Assembly (NCBI GenBank): GCA_027064225.1
Contig: JAMOQB010000053.1
Location: forward strand, 1 to 30,725
Source: Candidatus Woesearchaeota archaeon
Lineage (GTDB): Archaea > Nanobdellota > Nanobdellia > Woesearchaeales > WAPY01
Reading direction: 5' to 3'
DNA: 30,725 bases
The number at the start of each line of letters is the position of its first letter. Position 1 is the first letter of the stretch. Of this stretch, positions 9,393 to 16,587 are shown in pieces. The notes beneath the pieces were generated by a model. That model was not told the origin of the DNA. It worked only from the letters and a program-made list of their open reading frames with translations, and ran no database searches. The translations under genes were made by a program, and so were the position numbers.

Positions 9393-10127
9393 TCACCTCT
9401 CCAATTTGTCCGCCACCTTTGAAGTTAAACTCTTCAAAAATGACTCAGGAACATAATTCAAAACTCTAAAGAGTATGGTTTTTGGATAAACCTCTAAATC
9501 ACCTTTCTTGTAAGCATTGAAGAAGAACATTGGATTCTTTGCAGAAGAATCAACTTCTTCAGAAAAGAGGTATGCTTTAAGTGTAGAATCATTGAAGGAG
9601 GAGTTCAACTTAGCCATGACAAACTTGCTGTCAATATCCTTCTTATCAGCGATGTAATTAGACAAGTCCTTGATAGGCGTGTTGCTCACAAACAACTTCT
9701 TAACCTCAGAGTATGGAAGTTCAAAGTTATCAACAGTTATTGAAGAGTTGAAAGCAGACATCTTAAACGCAAACACGTATGAAGAGTTCAGAATCTTCGG
9801 TAGATTGTTTGGATCCTTTGAATAGTTTTGAGACAAATCCCAAAGTTGATTATTCCGAATGAACTTTGGCTCAGAATTCATAAGCGTGAATCCTGTTATG
9901 ACATAATCTTTGTTCACAAGCAGGAAAGAGTTGGTTCCATTAACAAAGCTGTTTTGCAGAGTTACGCCGTTGCTATATGACAAAAACCCTACCAAGCCAA
10001 TGATAACGAGAAGCAGAAGTCCAACAATCACAACAGCTTTCAGAACAACATGAACAATCTTAAAAACCAAAAACAACACTACCAATATGACAAGCAAGGA
10101 TACAAGCGTAGATGCTAAAGGAACCAC
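9393..10127 (-). CDS. Hypothetical membrane protein (two N-terminal hydrophobic helices plus a soluble domain)
   Basis: Residues ~5-50 are strongly hydrophobic. SD-like GAGGTGA upstream. The gene ends 6 nt before the next co-oriented gene. Confidence 0.75.
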   Translation of the reverse strand: MVPLASTLVSLLVILVVLFLVFKIVHVVLKAVVIVGLLLLVIIGLVGFLSYSNGVTLQNSFVNGTNSFLLVNKDYVITGFTLMNSEPKFIRNNQLWDLSQNYSKDPNNLPKILNSSYVFAFKMSAFNSSITVDNFELPYSEVKKLFVSNTPIKDLSNYIADKKDIDSKFVMAKLNSSFNDSTLKAYLFSEEVDSSAKNPMFFFNAYKKGDLEVYPKTILFRVLNYVPESFLKSLTSKVADKLER

Positions 10128-10284
10128 ATTATCACCTCAATCAGAAAAGCTGTGAGTGTTAATAAAACTTTCTAATAATTGTTCATATGGAGAAAACTTT
10201 TTGAACATCATAAAAACAAAAGTTTTTTAAAGAACACATAAACCTCACTCCTTATAAGTTTTTGATTTTAAAGGGGGAATAAAA

Positions 10285-10512
10285 ATGACTGAACCACCAA
10301 GACCATTAGATGCCTTAAACAAGGCGAGAGATAAAAGAGTAATAGTTGAATTAAAGAGCGGAAAGCAATACATTGGAAAACTCAAAGCATTTGACATTCA
10401 CATAAATGTTGTGCTTGAAGATGCTGAAGAGCATATAAACAACGAGCTCCAGAGAAAGTTGGGAGTTGTCTTCATAAGAGGAGATACTATCACAACAATA
10501 TCACCTCAGTAG
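10285..10512 (+). CDS. Sm-like (LSm/SmAP) RNA-binding protein
   Basis: RPLDALN, Sm1 motif (GKLKAFDIHINVVLEDAEE) and Sm2 motif (VFIRGDTI). Directly upstream of rpl37e, the usual archaeal arrangement. Confidence 0.96.
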   Translation: MTEPPRPLDALNKARDKRVIVELKSGKQYIGKLKAFDIHINVVLEDAEEHINNELQRKLGVVFIRGDTITTISPQ

Positions 10513-10522
10513 GTGAATCAGA

Positions 10523-10690
10523 ATGAAGGGAACACCATCAATGGGGAAGCATGGAAAGAAGAGCGTCCATATCAGATGTAGAAGGTGTGGCCACATCTCC
10601 TACAATGTAAAAACAGGAGTGTGCAGTTATTGCGGCTACGGAAAGTCCAGCAAGTTGAGAAAATACAATTGGAAGAAACCTGGAAAGTAG
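10523..10690 (+). CDS. rpl37e: 50S ribosomal protein L37e (not in the ORF track)
   Basis: My translation: [56 protein letters not shown]4 zinc finger; SD AGGTGA at 10511-10516. Confidence 0.96.
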   Translation: MKGTPSMGKHGKKSVHIRCRRCGHISYNVKTGVCSYCGYGKSSKLRKYNWKKPGK

Positions 10691-10699
10691 GTGAGTTAA

Positions 10700-11077
10700 A
10701 TGGCAAGGTCACAGTTTAGATCAAGGAAAAAGATAAGTGGGGGAAGCTACAAGGATTTTAGGAAGAAAAAGCAGAGATATGCAGCTGGAGAGCCCGCATT
10801 CACAAAGGTTGAGGAGGAGTCAAAACTCAAGAAGGTAAGGACTCTCGGCGGAAATGCGAAGAACAAACTCTTAACAGCTAGTGAAGCCAACGTGATTATG
10901 AAGGATGGCAAGGCGAAGAAAGTTAAAATAAAGAAGGTCGTTGAGAACCCTGCAAATAGACATTATGTTAGACGAAATATAATAACAAAAGGAGCAGTTA
11001 TTGAAACAGAAGTTGGAAAGGCAGTTGTAACATCAAGACCTGGACAGCACGGCATTGTCAACGCCAAACAACTCTAA
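10700..11077 (+). CDS. rps8e: 30S ribosomal protein S8e
   Basis: [67 protein letters not shown] upstream. Confidence 0.97.
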   Translation: MARSQFRSRKKISGGSYKDFRKKKQRYAAGEPAFTKVEEESKLKKVRTLGGNAKNKLLTASEANVIMKDGKAKKVKIKKVVENPANRHYVRRNIITKGAVIETEVGKAVVTSRPGQHGIVNAKQL

Positions 11078-11202
11078 ACCTATTTTTAATTTTAAGTATT
11101 AATCCCATTTGTAAAGATTTCTTCTCAATCGTTATTGTGTTGAATGATGAATTAACATATAAAACAGAAAATTATATATAATGAAATAACCTTAAAGTAA
11201 TT

Positions 11203-11628
11203 ATGAGCTTAACAGATTTAATACGAAATCTAAAAAGCATGAGAACAAAAGAAACAATCCCAAAAATAAAGAGAGATGGAGCTAATTCTTTAGAGTACAA
11301 AGCAACTGAATTTTACACTGGAACAAGAAATTTCTCCACAACAACGCCAAAAAACATGGAATACAAAGCAGAAAATAAAGAATGGGAAGTATACGCAAGG
11401 CTAGGGGAAGGCAGAGAACTGGTAGGAGTACTACGTCTTCCTGAGGGTCTGGGATTAGTTGTAAGTCCTGAGGGAGGATTATTTATAGTTAATGTAAGTG
11501 AAGAAGAAAGAATATATAAAAGAAGAATAGGAGGTATAAATGATCCTAAATACGACCCATATTCTCCTAATAGTGACGAAAATGGATTTATAGACACGCC
11601 CCTTGAGAAATACAAATTTAGAGGATAA
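11203..11628 (+). CDS. Hypothetical protein (ORFan)
   Basis: 141-aa ORF with TATA (TTATATAT 11172-11179) ~25-30 nt upstream and a T-rich tract downstream. Confidence 0.65.
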   Translation: MSLTDLIRNLKSMRTKETIPKIKRDGANSLEYKATEFYTGTRNFSTTTPKNMEYKAENKEWEVYARLGEGRELVGVLRLPEGLGLVVSPEGGLFIVNVSEEERIYKRRIGGINDPKYDPYSPNSDENGFIDTPLEKYKFRG

Positions 11629-11722
11629 AAGAGACAAGAGGAACCTCACAAATCTAAACAATTTTTATTTTCATTACTTCCAAATAACAAAATTTATATA
11701 GGAGTTCTAAATTGGTCTTAGT

Positions 11723-12301
11723 ATGGGAAAGCTTATTCATCATGTAAGAGAGGATGACCCCTTTGGAAATCCAATTAACGGCCGTAATCCTGCTAATGGA
11801 TTCAAAGAGAAGAGAATACAACCTAAAGAGGTAGTGGAAAATAACTTCTTCAACAACGAACAAATTATGCGAAGAGCATATATAAATGCAGGAAGAACTT
11901 TTGAAGAGGAGATTAATTACTACCCAAACAAAATTGAATTTTCAATAAAGAACGACTTAGGAAAACAGCAATTTGAGTTCAACGAGAAGCATGAAAACTT
12001 AGAGTCATTTGTGAACAAACTTTTTAATCAAATTGCTTCAGACATTAAAAACAATCAAATCTTAGAGTTAGAGTATAAGCATAAAGAAACAACAACACAG
12101 AGTAATCAAATTGAGTACAGCGGAGCAATTTTAGTAAATGTTAAGGAAGGTTCAGAAGTAAAATACCACATAAGGATTAATTTAGTCAACGGAATTTATG
12201 ACAACACTGAAGAAGACAAAGAAGAAATCAATAAGGATATAAAGGAAAAGGAACAAATGCGTGATGAATTAATGAACCACTTCAACGGAAAACTCTTTTA
12301 A
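11723..12301 (+). CDS. Hypothetical protein (ORFan)
   Basis: 192-aa ORF with TATA (TTTATATA 11693-11700) upstream. Its 3' end overlaps the convergent glycosylase gene. Confidence 0.65.
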   Translation: MGKLIHHVREDDPFGNPINGRNPANGFKEKRIQPKEVVENNFFNNEQIMRRAYINAGRTFEEEINYYPNKIEFSIKNDLGKQQFEFNEKHENLESFVNKLFNQIASDIKNNQILELEYKHKETTTQSNQIEYSGAILVNVKEGSEVKYHIRINLVNGIYDNTEEDKEEINKDIKEKEQMRDELMNHFNGKLF

Positions 12302-12971
12302 CAGTATTGAATGGACAGCCATCGCATATGGGCTTCTTTCTACAATGCACCTTGGCGTGCTGAACTATCAGCGCGTGGAATTCATTGAAGAGTTTATAGT
12401 CATGAGGAAGTTTTTTGTGAAAGTATGATTGAACCTCATCATAACTTCTGTAAAAATCAAAGTGGTTCTCAATTCTTGAGAAAAATCTTCTTGTATATGC
12501 ATCCACGACGAAAAAGGGTTTGTTCATGGCGTAGAGTAGTATGGAATCAGCGGTTTCATTGCCGACCCCCCATATGGATAAGAGTTCCCCTCTCGATACG
12601 GAGTTATGCTCAAATTCGGACTTGTGTTCAAGAAAGAACTTTGAAAATGTTTTCAACTTCTTCTCTTTAATATTGTAATAACCAGCAGGCCTTATTAAAT
12701 CTTTAACATCTTTCTTAATAAGTTTGTTAGGTGTTAGTAATCCCTGTTTTTTAAGATTAATGAGAGCTTTCTCCACATTTTTCCAAGAAGTGTTCTGCGT
12801 CAGTATGGCTCCGACTGATATTTCAAATTTTTCAGCCAAACTCCTACTCTTATTTTTGAATTCTTTATCATAAACAGAGTGATATTTCCCCTGCTCATTA
12901 ATAATAATGGGCCACCATCCCTGTTCTCCATATTCAGATAGAAGTTTTTCATATATTAATTTGAGGTTCAT
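12282..12971 (-). CDS. Endonuclease III-related HhH-GPD DNA glycosylase (MJ1434-like subgroup)
   Basis: GWWP, GAILTQNTSWKNVEKA, IRPAGYYNIK, LLSIWGVGNETADSILLYA, VVDAYTRR. Start moved to ATG 12971 because the track's 13010 start lies inside tRNA-Phe. Confidence 0.92.
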   Translation of the reverse strand: MNLKLIYEKLLSEYGEQGWWPIIINEQGKYHSVYDKEFKNKSRSLAEKFEISVGAILTQNTSWKNVEKALINLKKQGLLTPNKLIKKDVKDLIRPAGYYNIKEKKLKTFSKFFLEHKSEFEHNSVSRGELLSIWGVGNETADSILLYAMNKPFFVVDAYTRRFFSRIENHFDFYRSYDEVQSYFHKKLPHDYKLFNEFHALIVQHAKVHCRKKPICDGCPFNTVKRVFR

Positions 12972-12980
12972 TTTTGAAGA

Positions 12981-13052
12981 TGGGTCGGCGGGGATTTGAA
13001 CCCCGGACACCCACGGCTTCAGCGTGGTGCTCTCCCGCTGAGCTACCGACCC
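12981..13052 (-). tRNA. tRNA-Phe (GAA), no intron, CCA not encoded
   Basis: Cloverleaf: acceptor GGGTCGG/CCGACCC, D-arm GCTC/GAGC, anticodon arm CCACG-CTGAAGC-CGTGG, T-arm CGGGG-TTCAAAT-CCCCG, discriminator A. Confidence 0.97.
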
Positions 13053-13079
13053 GAGAATAAAATTAGTGATTAGTTTTCT

Positions 13080-13087
13080 TTTATAAA
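13080..13087 (-). promoter_or_regulatory. TATA box of tRNA-Phe
   Basis: TTTATAAA located 28-35 nt upstream of the tRNA 5' end. Confidence 0.7.
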
Positions 13088-13105
13088 GTTTTTTATTCGG
13101 AGAAG

Positions 13106-13191
13106 TGCGGGGGCTGGGATTTGAACCCAGGAACCCACTGAGGGACAGGATCTTAAGTCCTGCGCATTTGACCAGGCTTTGCTACCCCCGC
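13106..13191 (-). tRNA. tRNA-Leu (TAA), long variable arm, no intron, CCA not encoded
   Basis: Acceptor GCGGGGG/CCCCCGC, anticodon arm CAGGA-CTTAAGA-TCCTG, variable arm CCC-TCAGT-GGG, T-arm CTGGG-TTCAAAT-CCCAG, discriminator A. Confidence 0.97.
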
Positions 13192-13219
13192 AAGTGTGAG
13201 AAGTAGTTATTTAGGATAA

Positions 13220-13227
13220 TTTAAAAA
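13220..13227 (-). promoter_or_regulatory. TATA box of tRNA-Leu
   Basis: TTTTTAAA preceded by a purine-rich AAAG (BRE-like), 29-36 nt upstream of the tRNA. Confidence 0.65.
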
Positions 13228-13243
13228 CTTTACTAAGCAAGAA

Positions 13244-13585
13244 TTAAATCTTCTTTATTTTCTTCTCAATCTCAAGAAGTTCCCTCTCAAGTTCTTCAAG
13301 GTTAAACTCTTCCTTAATTTGAGATTTATTCTCTGTGCTTTTAGCAACAGATAAGGGAACATCACTCGGCTCTGAGAGTTTTGGCATGAGCTTTTTTAAA
13401 TTTTGAATGATTAGTTTTAACTCTGCGATGAGCTCTTTAGCTTCCTTTATGTTTTCAAGCTTCTCATCTCTGAGAGATTTCAGCTTCTCATACTCCAAGA
13501 GAAGATTTATTGTCTCCTTTGAAGCACTGAGTAAAGCTCTCCTTATCGTCTTAACATCCACTATTTTTACAAAGTAATCTGCCAT
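13244..13585 (-). CDS. Hypothetical coiled-coil protein
   Basis: 113-aa ORF starting MADYFVKI, with long heptad-patterned helices; 4 nt from the upstream gene. Confidence 0.8.
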   Translation of the reverse strand: MADYFVKIVDVKTIRRALLSASKETINLLLEYEKLKSLRDEKLENIKEAKELIAELKLIIQNLKKLMPKLSEPSDVPLSVAKSTENKSQIKEEFNLEELERELLEIEKKIKKI

Positions 13586-13589
13586 TTTT

Positions 13590-13814
13590 TCACTCAGGTT
13601 TTATTTTTTCATCAATGAAATCTATCTTTTCATTGATATCTTTGATTGAGGACTCCCAGTTGTTGATTATAGAATTTTCCCTTTCTCTTATATCATCTAT
13701 GTTTGACAGGATGACCTTCAGGTTTCTAAGCTTGCTTTTGAACATAGTAAATAGTCCAAATATCTCTGAGTAATTGTCCAGTTTTGTATAGAGCATCTCA
13801 TCGTTTTCTTTCAT
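13590..13814 (-). CDS. Small hypothetical coiled-coil protein (~74 aa)
   Basis: Start moved to ATG 13814 (MKENDEML), preceded by SD GGTGAGG and 1 nt after the upstream stop codon. Confidence 0.8.
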   Translation of the reverse strand: MKENDEMLYTKLDNYSEIFGLFTMFKSKLRNLKVILSNIDDIRERENSIINNWESSIKDINEKIDFIDEKIKPE

Positions 13815-13815
13815 T

Positions 13816-14604
13816 TTAGTCCTCACCGAATAAGGATTGGTCAAGGTTGATTATTTTCCTCTCAACATCTTCCAACTTCAATTTGAGGTCTGAAAAATTC
13901 TTCGCTTCCTCCTGAACATTGGACTTAACATCCTCAAGCAGAGTGCTTGATTCTGATAGAATCTTTCTTATGACATTAAGCTCCTTTGTGGCCTGCTTAT
14001 ACGCGGCTATGCTTACAAATTTATCCTTCGGCTCTTCTTGAATATCCACTGAGGATGAACTGTTAAGAACATCTGTATCTGAATCTTCATAATCATATAA
14101 GTCAGCGTTGTATTTCTCGTCAAGTTCATTATGAGAAATGTCCTCTGAGCTGTATGAGTCCTGATTATCTGACTTTAAATTTGGACTAGCTGATGAGGAG
14201 ATGTCTGAAGCAATTTTACCTATTTCTTTCTCATTGTCAATGACTGTTTTCTTAAGTTCATCTGCATTTGGGTTGCTTAAGCTGTTTGCTCTGAATGGCT
14301 CAAACAGCTTTGACTTCTCATTAATAAGTGCATCATTCGGAGCCTCTTTTGGCTTTGTTATAGACATTGCGTTAATCTGTGAATTCGACGGTGCAGGTGG
14401 GATAAGATTAGAGTTAAACACATTTGAATTAGGACTGTTTTGAGATGGATTTGGAGCAGGTGGCATGTTAGGTAATGTATTTTTAGAGGAAGTGTTAGAA
14501 GGCAGACCTAAAATATCTTGCATGCTCTGATTTGAATCGTCTTTTTTACTGTCAAGCTTCGCTTTCTCAACTTTCTTCTTTTTTCTAAAAAACAAAATTA
14601 CCAC
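13816..14604 (-). CDS. Hypothetical protein: N-terminal LFFRKKKK, P/S/N/D-rich disordered linker, C-terminal coiled coil
   Basis: 262-aa ORF. The C-terminal ~65 aa align without gaps to the next gene's product. Confidence 0.8.
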   Translation of the reverse strand: MVILFFRKKKKVEKAKLDSKKDDSNQSMQDILGLPSNTSSKNTLPNMPPAPNPSQNSPNSNVFNSNLIPPAPSNSQINAMSITKPKEAPNDALINEKSKLFEPFRANSLSNPNADELKKTVIDNEKEIGKIASDISSSASPNLKSDNQDSYSSEDISHNELDEKYNADLYDYEDSDTDVLNSSSSVDIQEEPKDKFVSIAAYKQATKELNVIRKILSESSTLLEDVKSNVQEEAKNFSDLKLKLEDVERKIINLDQSLFGED

Positions 14605-14753
14605 CCCTTTTTTGCTTATTGAATGTGAAATAACTCATTATTTTTATACTTTTTATTGAATAAGAAATGCTTTTTATTAAAAGTTTTGCTGTTACTAAAA
14701 AATAGAAAAAGCTTATGACAAAATTTTTATATGATTATAACTTTTGTTAATTT

Positions 14754-15614
14754 ATGAGAATTCGAGAACCAGTCGCAGCAGGACTTTTTTATGAGTCAAA
14801 CCCGAAATTATTGCAACAACAGATAGAACAAGCATTCAAGGATGATTTTGGGCCAGGAGCTCTGCCTATAAAGAACAGGACAGGATTTGTATATGGAGCT
14901 ATTGTACCGCATGCAGGATATTCTTATTCAGGGCCAGCAGCAGCTTGGGCTTACAAAGAACTGGGCGAAGCAAAGCCTGCGGAGACCTATGTAATATTAG
15001 GACCAAATCATACAGGCATGGGAGGTTCTGGAATAACAACCGCTGCGTTCTCAACACCTTTCGGTGTTGTAAGAACCGATAAAAAGCTTGCAGATTATTT
15101 AATAAGAAAGGGAACAATAAAAGAGGATGACTTGCCTCACATGAAGGAGCACAGTATTGAGGTTCAGCTCCCTTTCTTGCAATTTATAAATAGGGATGTT
15201 GAATCTTGGAAAATTCTCCCTGTTGTGCTTTCGGATGATGTTGATTACAAGCAGTTTGCAACAGACCTCAAAGAGGGAATTATTGACCTAAACAGAGATG
15301 TGACAGTAATTGCAAGCAGCGACTTCACCCATTATGGAAACGCGTATAGATATATCCCATTCAGTTTAGATGTGAGGGACAATATAAAGAAGCTTGATGA
15401 AGGTGCTATTGAATGGATAAAGAAGCGTGATGATGAGGGCTTCTTAAAATATATTGAGAACACAGGAGCAACGATTTGCGGTGCGATTCCCATAGCCACT
15501 CTTCTGAGAATGATGGTTAATAGAAAACCAGATTTTCTACAGTACTACACTTCCGGAGACCTTATCAATAATTACAGAAACAGCGTTAGCTATGCATCCA
15601 TTGTCTTCAAGTGA
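14754..15614 (+). CDS. MEMO1-family protein (AmmeMemoRadiSam system protein B)
   Basis: REPVAAGLFY, IVPHAGYSYSG, LGPNHTG, EHSIEVQLPFLQ, ASSDFTHYG, TICG. Confidence 0.95.
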   Translation: MRIREPVAAGLFYESNPKLLQQQIEQAFKDDFGPGALPIKNRTGFVYGAIVPHAGYSYSGPAAAWAYKELGEAKPAETYVILGPNHTGMGGSGITTAAFSTPFGVVRTDKKLADYLIRKGTIKEDDLPHMKEHSIEVQLPFLQFINRDVESWKILPVVLSDDVDYKQFATDLKEGIIDLNRDVTVIASSDFTHYGNAYRYIPFSLDVRDNIKKLDEGAIEWIKKRDDEGFLKYIENTGATICGAIPIATLLRMMVNRKPDFLQYYTSGDLINNYRNSVSYASIVFK

Positions 15615-16084
15615 GAATGAAAATTAAAAGATTGAGCAACAAGGAAATAAGAGCGTTAAATAAGGATATTGAAAGCTTCGGAGTTTCTTTCAAAAAGGGC
15701 GACGAGCTTTTTATGGCTGATGCCAAAGTTAAGGTCATCCTCTATAACAAAAGTGCTGTGTTCTTTTACAATAAAGACAGAATTTTCCCAACACTAAAAG
15801 CAGTTTTAAGCAGTGAAGAGCTAAGGAGGATACTCCCAACAGTTACCGTAGATAAGGGTGCGGTTAAGTTTATCCTTAATGGAGCAGATGTTATGAGGCC
15901 GGGCATATTAGAAGTATCTGACTTTGATAAGGATTCTCCTGTCATTGTTGAGGATGAGAAGCACAGACCTATTTCAGTTGCTTTATCACTTTACAGCTCC
16001 AAAGACATCTTATCAATGAGTAAAGGCCCTGTTTTGAAGAATCTTCACCAGTTCAATGATTCCATCTGGAACTTTCATATATAA
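15611..16084 (+). CDS. Pre-PUA + PUA domain RNA-binding protein (Tma20/MCT-1-like)
   Basis: PTL...VTVDKGAVKFILNGADVMRPGI...GPVLKNLHQFNDSIW; GTGA start/stop overlap with the MEMO1 gene. Confidence 0.9.
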   Translation: MRMKIKRLSNKEIRALNKDIESFGVSFKKGDELFMADAKVKVILYNKSAVFFYNKDRIFPTLKAVLSSEELRRILPTVTVDKGAVKFILNGADVMRPGILEVSDFDKDSPVIVEDEKHRPISVALSLYSSKDILSMSKGPVLKNLHQFNDSIWNFHI

Positions 16085-16098
16085 TGCATTCTCTAAAA

Positions 16099-16587
16099 TC
16101 ATTCAAAGAAGTTCTTTAACCTTCTCTCTTTTGGAATATAATTTCTTACAATTCCTTGACTCTTTATGAACAAGCCCGAACCTGCGTAGTCATCTCCAAA
16201 TTTTATTATGACAAATCCCGATTCCAAACCATGAGTGTTTTCAACTTGTAAATCCCCTCCTGATATCCAAATTTTAAATTCTCTGCTGTCAATCTTCAGA
16301 ACATTCTTCTCAGCACTTGGACCTATAAGTTGGGACCCCTCAATGCTCAACCTTATCCTGCCTGTTTTAAGTTTATCCTCTATTGTGGCTATGTAAAGCC
16401 CGATGTTGTCAATCCTAAGTTTGTCAGTGTCAATTTTGGACAGGGCTCTGTTGGTTATGTAAACCCTTTGTCCTGCTCTTAAAAAAACATAATGATCAAG
16501 GATTGATGAATCAAACGCGAATCTATCCTTTATCTCATGGATTATTCTCTTCTTTTCCCTCGTGTTCAAAATGTTTATTTGTCTCAT
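16099..16587 (-). CDS. NOL1/NOP2/fmu-associated PUA-like ribosome biogenesis protein (COG3270-like)
   Basis: GLYIA...IRLSIEGSQLIG...KNVLKI...WISGGDL...GFVIIKFGDDYAGSG...NYIPKERR. TAATG overlap with the aIF5B stop codon. Confidence 0.8.
   Translation of the reverse strand: MRQINILNTREKKRIIHEIKDRFAFDSSILDHYVFLRAGQRVYITNRALSKIDTDKLRIDNIGLYIATIEDKLKTGRIRLSIEGSQLIGPSAEKNVLKIDSREFKIWISGGDLQVENTHGLESGFVIIKFGDDYAGSGLFIKSQGIVRNYIPKERRLKNFFE

Noticed and set aside
12972-13010. Track's N-terminal extension of the glycosylase (MSGVQIPADPSSK)
   Set aside because: It is the T-arm and acceptor stem of tRNA-Phe read as protein.
11078-13052. Possible element integrated at tRNA-Phe
   Set aside because: I saw no duplicate of the tRNA 3' end in the window and no integrase.
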